Below are positions 18,085 to 27,279 of a stretch of DNA of 64,000 bases, piece by piece. The position numbers and the translations under genes were made by a program. Position 1 is the first letter of the stretch; each line of letters begins with the position of its first letter. The notes under the pieces were generated by a model. It saw only the letters and a list, made by a program, of their open reading frames with translations. It was not told where the DNA came from and searched no databases. Source of the DNA: an uncultured bacterium (GTDB lineage Bacteria; Fermentibacterota; Fermentibacteria; Fermentibacterales; JCC-6); assembly GCA_965371785.1 (NCBI GenBank), contig CBDUZS010000005.1, positions 3,410-67,409 on the forward strand, given 5' to 3'.

Positions 18085-20523
18085 ATGAAAGGTTTCGCAG
18101 GATCGCGCCGAACGGCAGTAATTACCGTTCTGGCGGCGTTCCTGTTGCCAGCCATAGGCATTGGCGTGGCTAATGCGATCGAGCTCGGGGAAACTGTTAT
18201 GCTCAAGGTCCCCGATATGTCCGAGTTCCCGGAACCGATCGAAGAACACCAGTTCACCTGTCGCGGTGTAACTGAAAACGCCGTCTGGCTGGTACAGGAT
18301 TCCTGCTCCGTCGATGGAGCCGGTCTTGGAGTCCTTGATACGATAGTCTGGAACAACCTGATAGATCAGGCCGAACTCGATATCCTCATGGGTGAATTCG
18401 AGGGGTCGGGAGTCGACGTCTGGGAAGCCGTAACCGCCGGTTTCGGTGGTGTACCGGTTGACACCGACGGAGACCCCAAGGTCTGGATCACTCTGGCCAC
18501 TATCAGGGACGTCTACGTACAGGATCCGAAAGACCGTAATTTCATGGTCTGGGTCAACCCCGATGATGTGAACGGCAGTGGTCTGTTCAACGATCATGAC
18601 TGCATCTACATCAACATCCACACCATGACCCTCAACGCAACATCCATTCAGGTAGCCAAGGAGCTGCGAAGGATCGACATACCGAACGGACTCGGTATGC
18701 TGATCCGGACGGTCCTTGCTCCCACCGAGGAGTTGTGGCTTGTCAGAGGCCTGGGGGAGATAGCTCAGTACCTGAGCTACGGTGTAACCGTGACCGATCC
18801 CGGAGGACAGGGGATCGAGTACAACATGAACGAGTACGAGAAAACACCGTACGCCGATCTTCTCAATTATCAGGCGACTTCCTGGAAGTACGATTTCGCC
18901 GCAACCAGGGGGCAGGAATTCCTCTGGTTGATGTACCTGCGTCAGAGGCAGGGCGACGACATCATCTCGGATATCGCACAGGCCGACTCGCTTTACCTGG
19001 GAATGGACAACATCGCATTCGCGATTAACCCGTCCGCTCCCGACATCCAGGCTGATATCGTTCCGATCTACTTCGACTGGCTCGTGTGCAACCTGTACAG
19101 CAGCCTGAGAAGTACGTTCGCCGGCGGTATCTACACCTACGATTTCCTCGAGGGAAGCGATTTCCAGTTCGCGCACGTGGGCAATTCCGCAGCGTTCACG
19201 GGTAAGTTCACGAACTACCCGATGGGCATCTGGATTCCCGGCGCAACGCAAGGTCTGACCGCACCCATCTGGGCCGCTCAGTACGACTACTTCGAGGGAG
19301 ACTACAGTGCCTACACCAGCGTGAGCTTCAACGGCATGTTCTCGGATGGCAGCGGATCGGGCTCGGCGATCAACGGAGCATGGGAGGGAATCCTTGTCAC
19401 CATCGATTCCACTTCCATGGACATTGCCACCGTCGAGGAGATCACACTCGACAGCTGGTACAACGGCACCTTCACGCTGGCCAATAATGCCTCCTATCTG
19501 ATCGTCACGAACAACAACGATGGCGGAGCATCAGACCTGAGGTACATTCTTGCTCAGGACGTCGACGGTACTCCCAGCGTCATGCTGACGATGCATCAGG
19601 GACTTGTGAGCGAGCAGTACGTTACGCTCTACACAGCTCTCTACAACATTGCCACGATGAGGACAGAGGGTTTCGACTGGGTTGGTCCCATCTTCACTGC
19701 AACGATAGACGACTCCACGTCGGGCCTTGCCATGACCGCTTTTTCGGGCGACATATGGCAGCTCCGTTTCTCGGCATGGGAGAACGGCACTTACGATCTT
19801 ACCGTAGCCGGATACGACAGCGCCGGAACAAGCACCAGCGTCAGCAGAGAACTGGCAGTCGATCATGTGGTCGGTGAGCTGGGTCTCGGTCTGGAGATAA
19901 CCGGTGTCCGTCTTGATGTTCCTGGTGGCGCAGCAGCTCCCGGAAGCATGATCACACTCGCAGAGAGTGATCTGCTGGGTCTTGCGGTTGCCGCCCAGGT
20001 TCCGGTATCCGGGTGCAGAGGCGAGCTTACCGGTGTAATTGCCGGTCCTGTTACCGTAACACCGGTACAGGCAACGCTCTCTTTCGAAGCCGAAAACGGA
20101 CAGGCTGCGATCTACCGCTATTCCAACTCGGGATGGCAGCAGCTCGACAGCTACTATTCAGGTGGATACATCAGCGCACAGGTCAGCCAGGGGGGTGTCT
20201 ACGTTCTGGGCAACGGCCCGGGAGTATCCTCACCCGCAGTTCCCTCCCAGTTCCAGCTGGGCGGCAGCTTCCCCAATCCGTTCTATGCCGAGACCATGAT
20301 CAGCTTCGCGTTGCCCCTTACCGGGCACGTTAACCTGAGGGTCTACGACATGTCCGGACGCCTGGTCCGTACGCTCGTCGATGGCGACATGTCCGCCGCT
20401 AACCATGCAATCACCTGGGATGGCTGCGATCACAACGGTGATCTGGTCGGAGCTGGTGTCTACTTCTGCAGGCTCGAAGCCGCAGGACAGATCCAGACCC
20501 AGAAGATGCTCAGAGTAGAATAG
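18085..20523 (+). CDS. Large secreted protein with a T9SS-type C-terminal sorting domain (possible degenerate MA-clan peptidase-like core)
   Basis: ATG at 18085 follows gaggagg. The signal peptide is MKGFAGSRRTAVITVLAAFLLPAIGIGVANA. The C-terminus is 'FPNPFYAETMISFALPLTGHVNLRVYDMSGRLV...GVYFCRLEAAGQIQTQKMLRVE'. Confidence 0.75.
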   Translation: MKGFAGSRRTAVITVLAAFLLPAIGIGVANAIELGETVMLKVPDMSEFPEPIEEHQFTCRGVTENAVWLVQDSCSVDGAGLGVLDTIVWNNLIDQAELDILMGEFEGSGVDVWEAVTAGFGGVPVDTDGDPKVWITLATIRDVYVQDPKDRNFMVWVNPDDVNGSGLFNDHDCIYINIHTMTLNATSIQVAKELRRIDIPNGLGMLIRTVLAPTEELWLVRGLGEIAQYLSYGVTVTDPGGQGIEYNMNEYEKTPYADLLNYQATSWKYDFAATRGQEFLWLMYLRQRQGDDIISDIAQADSLYLGMDNIAFAINPSAPDIQADIVPIYFDWLVCNLYSSLRSTFAGGIYTYDFLEGSDFQFAHVGNSAAFTGKFTNYPMGIWIPGATQGLTAPIWAAQYDYFEGDYSAYTSVSFNGMFSDGSGSGSAINGAWEGILVTIDSTSMDIATVEEITLDSWYNGTFTLANNASYLIVTNNNDGGASDLRYILAQDVDGTPSVMLTMHQGLVSEQYVTLYTALYNIATMRTEGFDWVGPIFTATIDDSTSGLAMTAFSGDIWQLRFSAWENGTYDLTVAGYDSAGTSTSVSRELAVDHVVGELGLGLEITGVRLDVPGGAAAPGSMITLAESDLLGLAVAAQVPVSGCRGELTGVIAGPVTVTPVQATLSFEAENGQAAIYRYSNSGWQQLDSYYSGGYISAQVSQGGVYVLGNGPGVSSPAVPSQFQLGGSFPNPFYAETMISFALPLTGHVNLRVYDMSGRLVRTLVDGDMSAANHAITWDGCDHNGDLVGAGVYFCRLEAAGQIQTQKMLRVE

Positions 20524-20536
20524 GGAGGGGGGAGAA

Positions 20537-21661
20537 ATGAAAAGCATAAGAACAGCACTACTGGTTATCCTGTGCGGCTCCCTCGTTCTTCTGGGGTGTG
20601 GGGAAGATCTCCCGACACTGCCGTATCCGGATTATCCTGAGGGCTTTGTACAGCTGGGCTGGGACGCATATGCCGACAACGACTTCGTAACTGCCATGGA
20701 TTACTTCCAGCAGGCAATCGATTCCGATGTCGACTACGCGCCCGGTTTCCTTGGTGCCGGCTGGACGGCCATTTCAATGGATGACTACTGGAACGTCGCC
20801 GGAAATTACTTCTACATGGCTGCGCAACTGGACGGTGGCAGCTGCCCGCTCGCCGAAGTAGCCGAGACACAGATGCAGGACACGAACTGGACGGTATTCC
20901 AGTGCGTTGATCCTGTCCTGACGGCAGAAGACATGGCCGTCATAGAGGCTCTTGGCGAAACGTGGATCGACTGGCCCGATTCCGGTGATGTAACACTCAT
21001 CGATCCGGAGATCATCGGTCAGTACCTCTACGGATCTTTTCCGTTCAACGTCGAACCCTTTCCGCGATACGGAGACATCCCGTTCGAGTACAGGTTCCAG
21101 CCCACGGCAGATAACTGCATGGCCATGTTCTCTCTCGAGAACGGTTTCACCAACATACTCGAGTACGTCGACAGCATCACTGTTGAAGGCGGAGAGACCT
21201 GGGTCTACATCAACGTTCCACACACCGATGTAATCATAACCGGCGATCATTTCCACACATGGATCTCAGCCGATAACGTGCTGGCCTACGACTACGCGAC
21301 CTACACGGCCAGCGGCAGTGCCGGCCAGATCACATGGGATGCGCTTGCCGGCTGGGCTCTCCTGGAGGAGGTACGCGCCGAAAACGGTAACGCGATACTG
21401 GGGAATGCCGCCATCTGGGGGCTCTTCTCCAGCGTTGCAACGTACGACTTCGGTTCCGGTCTGTACTGGGCCGGTATCGAGGCCTTCAACGAAACCCAGC
21501 TGAAGGGAGTCGCTGCATCCGCCGCCTTCCTCGGACAGGCATTCAGGTTCGCCTGGTTCTCCTGTACCGATATGGGCTACGGTCTCGGGCTCGATCCCGA
21601 AGGCTCTACTTTCGTGTTCGATTTGATGCAGGTGATCGAATCGATGCTGACCGCACCCTAG
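20537..21661 (+). CDS. Lipoprotein of unknown function (TPR-like N-terminal segment)
   Basis: The lipobox is 'LVLLGC'. ggagggggg lies upstream of the ATG. It is the last gene of the same-strand cluster. Confidence 0.65.
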   Translation: MKSIRTALLVILCGSLVLLGCGEDLPTLPYPDYPEGFVQLGWDAYADNDFVTAMDYFQQAIDSDVDYAPGFLGAGWTAISMDDYWNVAGNYFYMAAQLDGGSCPLAEVAETQMQDTNWTVFQCVDPVLTAEDMAVIEALGETWIDWPDSGDVTLIDPEIIGQYLYGSFPFNVEPFPRYGDIPFEYRFQPTADNCMAMFSLENGFTNILEYVDSITVEGGETWVYINVPHTDVIITGDHFHTWISADNVLAYDYATYTASGSAGQITWDALAGWALLEEVRAENGNAILGNAAIWGLFSSVATYDFGSGLYWAGIEAFNETQLKGVAASAAFLGQAFRFAWFSCTDMGYGLGLDPEGSTFVFDLMQVIESMLTAP

Positions 21662-21680
21662 CGGAACATCAGTATCACAG

Positions 21681-21716
21681 GAACCCCCGGGGTGGACCCG
21701 GGGGTTCTTCTTTTCT
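21681..21716 (+). terminator. Rho-independent terminator
   Basis: Perfect 10-bp stem gaacccccgg/ccgggggttc (21681-21690 / 21698-21707) with a 7-nt loop, followed by ttcttttct. It lies between convergent genes. Confidence 0.7.
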
Positions 21717-21736
21717 CCTGCGGCAGGTGAAAGGTG

Positions 21737-22660
21737 TCAGTACTCGATGTCGGGCTCGTGTATGCTGAAGATGTCGTAGGAGCCCTCACCCGAGTGCCTG
21801 TCCGATGAGAAGGCAATCCATTCGTGCGAAGGATTCCATGAAGGGTAGATATCTATTCCCGGATCATCAGTGACCTGAACGAGTTCATCCGTATCGAAGT
21901 TATAGACCCAGATCTCGTAATTACCCGAGCGGTCCGATGAGAAGACGAACCAGTTCTGGTACGGTCCCCAGCTGGGATGGATATCGTCAGAAGAGCCGCT
22001 CTGCACCGCGTGAGGGTCGCTTCCATCGGGCCTGATCAGCCAGATATCGCTTGATTCCGCTATTCTGTACTGAAAGAGAATCCAGCTGCCGTCAGGCGAA
22101 TAGGAAGGTCGAAGGCAGTCCGCCGAAGGCTGGTAGAGAGGCGCTGGCTCGAAGTCCTCGTAAGCCGCTGTCCACAACCCCCAGGTTTCTCCGATCTCCG
22201 TGCAGAAGACAAGACTGTCCCCCACAGGATTCCATCCCGGATACATGTGCGGCAGGCTGTCGTAGAGAAGAACTTCGACCGCTGTTCCGTTACCTGGAAT
22301 GGTCCTGAGTTCCGAGCTTCCGTCTTCGCGGATGGCGGCGTAGGCGATCATTCCCATCGAGTCGCTCCAGCAGCCCCAGGGGCCCGTGAACTCGTTGAAG
22401 GAAGTGAAGGTTCTCATGGACGGAGTTCCGGTTCCAGCGAAACCGAAGATGCATGGTGAACCGTTGTTACCGAACGTAGTGAACAGCAGCACACTGCCGA
22501 GGGGGGACCAGGCAAGGGCTGTGTCCGGGTAAGCGCCCGAACCTCCCCAGAGCGCTGCCGTATCCGGCCAGGGGCCTACCTCCTCAGGGTTGTCGCAGCT
22601 GCCGAGCAGCAAACTAGAGACCAGTAGCAGCAATACGTACAGCCTTGGCTTCATTTCCAC
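21737..22660 (-). CDS. TolB-like PD40/WD40 beta-propeller repeat lipoprotein
   Basis: The lipobox is 'LLLGSC'. PD40-type repeats include 'YSPDGSWILFQ', 'PSWGPYQNWFVFSSDRSGNYEIWV' and 'PSWNPSHEWIAFSSDR'. Confidence 0.75.
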   Translation of the reverse strand: MEMKPRLYVLLLLVSSLLLGSCDNPEEVGPWPDTAALWGGSGAYPDTALAWSPLGSVLLFTTFGNNGSPCIFGFAGTGTPSMRTFTSFNEFTGPWGCWSDSMGMIAYAAIREDGSSELRTIPGNGTAVEVLLYDSLPHMYPGWNPVGDSLVFCTEIGETWGLWTAAYEDFEPAPLYQPSADCLRPSYSPDGSWILFQYRIAESSDIWLIRPDGSDPHAVQSGSSDDIHPSWGPYQNWFVFSSDRSGNYEIWVYNFDTDELVQVTDDPGIDIYPSWNPSHEWIAFSSDRHSGEGSYDIFSIHEPDIEY

Positions 22661-22717
22661 TCTCCTTGCGATTTCTCACGATTTGCCCTGCATGAATTGA
22701 ATACCTGAAGCAGTGCG

Positions 22718-24046
22718 TCAGGTTCCAGCTTCCGGTCTTTCTCTGGACGGACCGGCAAGGATTGCAGCTCCGAGAGTCAGAAGTCGTTCCACCAGGTTCT
22801 CGTAACCGCGTTCGATCTGGTGCACGTTTCTGATGAGGCTTGTTCCATTCGCGCAGAGGGCGGCAGTGAGCAATGCCATACCTGCCCTGATATCGGGGCT
22901 GGATACTTCGGTTCCCTGAAGTGCCGAAGGACCGGATACGACAACCCTGTGCGGATCGCATTGTATGATACTTGCGCCCATGGCAACGAGTTTGTCGACG
23001 AAGAAGAGCCTGCTCTCGAACATCTTCTCGAAGATAAGACTGGTTCCCTCGGCCTGTGTTGCCACAACGACTGCGGTGCTGGTCAGATCGGGTGAGAAGC
23101 CTGGCCAGGGAGAATCGTAGATGGTCGGGATCGATCCACCCCTGTCCGGTTGGACGTGAAGCGACGTACCGCCGTCGACTTCTACATCCCCGCCGTCACG
23201 GGTGATCGCAACCCCCAGTTTCGAAAGACCGTTCATTATCGGTTCGATAACGTTTGCGGGAACACCGTTAATCCTGACTCTTCCACCGCAGACGGCTGCC
23301 AGGCCGATGAAACTGCCAGTCTCGATATGATCGGCTACGATTGTGTGCGATGCTGCTCCCAGCAGTTCCCCCTTGCCGCGTACGATGATACGATTGGTTC
23401 CGCCTCCCTCGATGTCAGCACCCATCGCGATGAGCAGCGTGACCAGATCCTGTACATTGGGCTCGCAGGCGGCATTGTAGATAACCGTGTCACCGCGGGC
23501 CACTGCAGCAGCCATCAGTGCGTTCTCGGTGGCTGTTACCGAAGGCTCGTCGAGAAGAATGCTGCATCCGGAGAGATGCGGGGCTCTGAATTCTAGAAGT
23601 CCATTCGACAGGTCCACGGTTGCTCCCATTTGCTCGAGAGCGAGAAAGTGCGTGTCAAGTCTCCGTCGTCCGATGACGTCGCCGCCGGGCGGAGGGAGCG
23701 AAATCCTGCCCGTTCTCGCGAGAAGCGGACCGGCAAGGAGAATCGAAGCCCTGATGGTCCTGCACATATCCTTATCGAGCTTGAGAGGGTCGACCTCGGC
23801 AGCGGTAATACTGACGCAACCCCTGCCATGGTGTTCGACGGTTGCTCCCACCGTTTCGAGCAATGTCAGCATGGCTCTGACATCACGTATTGCAGGCAGG
23901 TTACTCAGCTTGACGGTTCTGTCCGTCAGGAGAGTTGCTGCTAGAATGGGAAGCGCAGCATTCTTACTGCCTGCAGGTGTCAGTTGACCCGATAGTGGTC
24001 TGCCTCCTTCGACCAGGTAGCAGTCCCGGGGAATCGGTCTCGTCAT
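22718..24046 (-). CDS. murA: UDP-N-acetylglucosamine 1-carboxyvinyltransferase
   Basis: 'GGRPLSGQLTPAGSKNAALPILAATLL' and full-length EPSP-synthase-fold similarity typical of MurA (442 aa). Confidence 0.9.
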   Translation of the reverse strand: MTRPIPRDCYLVEGGRPLSGQLTPAGSKNAALPILAATLLTDRTVKLSNLPAIRDVRAMLTLLETVGATVEHHGRGCVSITAAEVDPLKLDKDMCRTIRASILLAGPLLARTGRISLPPPGGDVIGRRRLDTHFLALEQMGATVDLSNGLLEFRAPHLSGCSILLDEPSVTATENALMAAAVARGDTVIYNAACEPNVQDLVTLLIAMGADIEGGGTNRIIVRGKGELLGAASHTIVADHIETGSFIGLAAVCGGRVRINGVPANVIEPIMNGLSKLGVAITRDGGDVEVDGGTSLHVQPDRGGSIPTIYDSPWPGFSPDLTSTAVVVATQAEGTSLIFEKMFESRLFFVDKLVAMGASIIQCDPHRVVVSGPSALQGTEVSSPDIRAGMALLTAALCANGTSLIRNVHQIERGYENLVERLLTLGAAILAGPSRERPEAGT

Positions 24047-24840
24047 CCCTGTCTCCTCTTACCGCTCTTCTTGAGAAGCGTATGGTACAGGTCAGGATGT
24101 TCTTCGGGGATCCATGACTGCCTGAGGAGCCATTTGACGTAGTCCCCATCCTGCGCAACCACATCCTCGACCAGGCTTCCCCTGTACTTGCCGAAGGAGA
24201 AAGTAACAACATCGATGGGAGAGCGAACGAATGATGCGAGCTCGGACCAGTTGGTGCATCCCTGCAGTCCTCCTGACAGGGCTGACTCGAGCAGTGCTCT
24301 TACCAGGCTGGTGTCGAAGAGTGCCCTGTGTGCGTCGCCCCCGATATCGCTGTCCAGATCGAATCTGTACCTGAGAACCTGCAGAGCATGTGAGGGTATC
24401 TCAGGCCAGACATGCCTTGCGAGACGGAGAGTATCAATCTCCATCTCAGCGGAGAAGCGATTGAAGACATCCGGCATCTGACGTTTCAGAATCGTGAGGT
24501 CGTAAGGCAGGTTGTGTGCGCTGATGTAGTCCGCCCGACATGCCAGAGAGGAAATGATTTCCTCGAGGTCGGGAAGAGGAGGAGCATCCTTTAACATTCC
24601 GTTGGTGATGTGATGCACGGCAGATGCTTCGGGCGGAATCTGAGATGATGGTCTGACCAGTGCAGAGAAATCGGTCGAATTCTCACTGACTCTGGTGAAT
24701 CCATCATACCGCGTTAGAATGATGGCTATTTCACAGATTTCAGCTGATTCCGGATCGATTCCGGTAGTTTCGGTATCAACGAAGAGAATTGTAGTCTGTT
24801 CGTCGTTTTCTGATGAAAAGAGATCTGGTTCAGGTATCAT
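24043..24840 (-). CDS. DEDDh 3'-5' exonuclease (DNA pol III epsilon-like) with a C-terminal DUF3820-like domain
   Basis: Exo motifs 'ILFVDTETTGI', 'HNLPYDLTIL' and 'HRALFDT' are present. The C-terminus is 'FSFGKYRGSLVEDVVAQDGDYVKWLL'. The stop overlaps the murA start (ATGA). Confidence 0.8.
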   Translation of the reverse strand: MIPEPDLFSSENDEQTTILFVDTETTGIDPESAEICEIAIILTRYDGFTRVSENSTDFSALVRPSSQIPPEASAVHHITNGMLKDAPPLPDLEEIISSLACRADYISAHNLPYDLTILKRQMPDVFNRFSAEMEIDTLRLARHVWPEIPSHALQVLRYRFDLDSDIGGDAHRALFDTSLVRALLESALSGGLQGCTNWSELASFVRSPIDVVTFSFGKYRGSLVEDVVAQDGDYVKWLLRQSWIPEEHPDLYHTLLKKSGKRRQG

Positions 24841-24985
24841 GTTTGCTAATCTAATCCCGGTTTCACCGCATGCAAACCCACTTTTTTTGACAATCGTAGG
24901 GGGAATTTGTTAACGTATTGAAAAGAAAGCTGTTTCTGGAATATGAAGTCGGAGATGAACTCTCTGAAATGACTGGAGGATGGAA

Positions 24986-26656
24986 ATGAAGAAGATCACG
25001 ATCAGCCTGGTACTCGCTTTCCTCATGCTGCCGGCGTGCGGCGTAGAATCGGGAGGTCCTCCTGCCGATGCGTTTATGGTCATGCCGGATGATGCAATGA
25101 TGGCGTTTGCCATTGTCGATCCCATTGCACTCATATCCAACGTAGATGGATACATCGAGGAAGGAATGCCTGCTCTAGGGTCATGTTTCATTGAGAATAC
25201 TCTGTGCAGTCAGCTTTCCGTTGATGACCTCGAGGCTCTGATGATGCAGTGGGGGCTCGATCCGAACGGAACCATTCTCTTCTTCATGCAAGCCATGGCT
25301 CCAGCAACGATGGGTTTTGCCGCGAATACGGTTGACTCCGAGGCCTTCTTCACACACATGTCTGACCTGGGGCTTACCTTCACCGATGCAGACCCCCTTG
25401 ATAACATCGATGTGAAAAGCACGACTATTCCAACGGGGAACCTGTACTTTGCAGAACATCGCAGCGTTCTTCTGGCTGCCGGTTCACGGGGTATCCTGTC
25501 CTCCATGATAGAGCGGCTTGATTCGGGAGCGAACCCCTCGGGCGTCCAGGAGTTAGCGCCTGGAACACTCTGGAGCAGTATGGAACTCTCCGTCATGGGC
25601 CCCATGGCTGCTGCCCAGCTGGCAATGGCACGCCCACAGATCATTGCCGAAATGACCGCGGAGGGTCCTGATAACGAAATGGGTGTCAGGATGATCGGTC
25701 TCTACTTCGATGCGATCTCGGTTTTCCTCAACCAGACGGAAACCGTAGAGACCTCCCTGGTATTCGGTCCCGGGGACATCGAGGGTATGGCGTACATCAC
25801 ATTTACACCCGGTTCCGACCTGGCGGCTCTCATAAGCTCACCCGTGGAAGTAGTCGATCTTACAGGTCTCATTCCAGCAGGCGATGTCGCCATGGTAAGG
25901 GTATCGGTTCCCCCGGAGCTGACAAAAGCGATTCTGAGTGCCCTTTCCGATGCCACGGGTGTTGACTTCCCGGAGGAGTCGCTCACCTTTTATGCCGATT
26001 ACAGCAGAAACTCGGCCATGTCGATAATGCTGGACGACGCTGGTTCGTTCATGCATCTTGTTGCGGTGTATCAGCTCCCCGAAGGTGCCGGTCTCGAAGA
26101 GGTCAGGTCCTTTTACGAGTTACAGCTCGATTTTACGACCGGCATCATGGGTGAATCCGCTGGAATGGTCGATTTTGAGCTCGTCGACACAGTGTACAAT
26201 GACCGGACCTACCTTCTGTTCGACATGAACCTTGATTTCTCGAGTATGGAGATCGAGGGAGCAGACATCCCCGAAACAGGTTTTCCTGAGGATATGTCCT
26301 TTACAACCTGGATCACCGTTGACGGGGAACTCCTCTTCATCGAGATGGCTGATCAGCCAATCGTTCTTGATGAGATTCTCTCGGGCACACTCGAACGCCC
26401 GACAGCCGATTCTGCCCCCGTCTTCGCAGACGCAGGCTCCGCAGACTTCGTTATGGCGTTCAACCTCAATGCGTACATCAGGATGATCATGGTGTTTGCC
26501 GGTGAAGAGATCGATATCTCTACACTGCCTGAGACTCCCGTATGGCTGAACTGCTGGGCAATCATCGATGCTGACGAGGCAATGATCATCAAGCACGGAA
26601 GCGTCTCCGGTGCGGATCTGGTGTCACTGATCGGCAGCTTTGCGATGATGTTCTGA
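24986..26656 (+). CDS. Lipoprotein of unknown function (556 aa)
   Basis: ATG at 24986 lies 6 nt after GGAGG (24975-24979). The lipobox is 'LMLPAC'. No family recognised. Confidence 0.6.
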   Translation: MKKITISLVLAFLMLPACGVESGGPPADAFMVMPDDAMMAFAIVDPIALISNVDGYIEEGMPALGSCFIENTLCSQLSVDDLEALMMQWGLDPNGTILFFMQAMAPATMGFAANTVDSEAFFTHMSDLGLTFTDADPLDNIDVKSTTIPTGNLYFAEHRSVLLAAGSRGILSSMIERLDSGANPSGVQELAPGTLWSSMELSVMGPMAAAQLAMARPQIIAEMTAEGPDNEMGVRMIGLYFDAISVFLNQTETVETSLVFGPGDIEGMAYITFTPGSDLAALISSPVEVVDLTGLIPAGDVAMVRVSVPPELTKAILSALSDATGVDFPEESLTFYADYSRNSAMSIMLDDAGSFMHLVAVYQLPEGAGLEEVRSFYELQLDFTTGIMGESAGMVDFELVDTVYNDRTYLLFDMNLDFSSMEIEGADIPETGFPEDMSFTTWITVDGELLFIEMADQPIVLDEILSGTLERPTADSAPVFADAGSADFVMAFNLNAYIRMIMVFAGEEIDISTLPETPVWLNCWAIIDADEAMIIKHGSVSGADLVSLIGSFAMMF

Positions 26657-26701
26657 TCCTGCAATCGTTGAAGCCGGGACGGGTTTTAGCCCCTGGAGTG
26701 G

Positions 26702-27274
26702 CTACTCCGGGGGCTTTCCGTTGTACACAGCCTGAGCTGCTTCGAGGCCACTGCGGATGCACATAAGCACGCAATCTGCAGCCCTGTGAGCCATGAGAGA
26801 AGCTTCTTCCTCGAGATTTTTCCGAATCGGTTCAAGGACGAAGTCTGCAAGATCTTCACCCTCCGGAGCCGGGCCCACCCCTAATCTCAATCGCTTGAAT
26901 TCCTGAGTGGCCAGGCGCTCGATAACGTCGCGGAGTCCGTTGTGTCCCCCATCCGAACCGCACGCCCGCAGCCTGAGGGCTCCAAGAGGCAGGTTTGTAT
27001 CATCACATACCACGAGCAGTTCACTGTCCGAGTAGCCTCTCAGTTCGAGGAACGACCTTACGGCAGAACCACTGCGGTTCATGAACGATTCCGGCTTGAT
27101 GAGGTCCAGATCCTGTTCAAGCAAGGCAGCACTGAACAGACCGGCATTCGAAAAGGAAACGCCGGCTTCCCGGGCGAGGATATCCGCAACCCAGAAACCG
27201 GCGTTGTGTCTTGTCATACGGTACTTCGCGCCGGGATTTCCGAGACATGCAACAAGCCTTATCCCGCCGTCCAA
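26702..27274 (-). CDS. pth: Peptidyl-tRNA hydrolase
   Basis: 'LVACLGNPGAKYRMTRHNAGFWVAD' and 'GGHNGLRD' are present. Confidence 0.9.
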   Translation of the reverse strand: MDGGIRLVACLGNPGAKYRMTRHNAGFWVADILAREAGVSFSNAGLFSAALLEQDLDLIKPESFMNRSGSAVRSFLELRGYSDSELLVVCDDTNLPLGALRLRACGSDGGHNGLRDVIERLATQEFKRLRLGVGPAPEGEDLADFVLEPIRKNLEEEASLMAHRAADCVLMCIRSGLEAAQAVYNGKPPE

Positions 27275-27279
27275 ATCTG

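Noticed and set aside
24841-24985. Possible divergent promoter (TTGACA at about 24887, followed by TAACGT) between the exonuclease and lipoprotein genes.
   Set aside because: The -10 match is poor and the spacing is ambiguous. It cannot be supported without knowing this lineage's promoter consensus.
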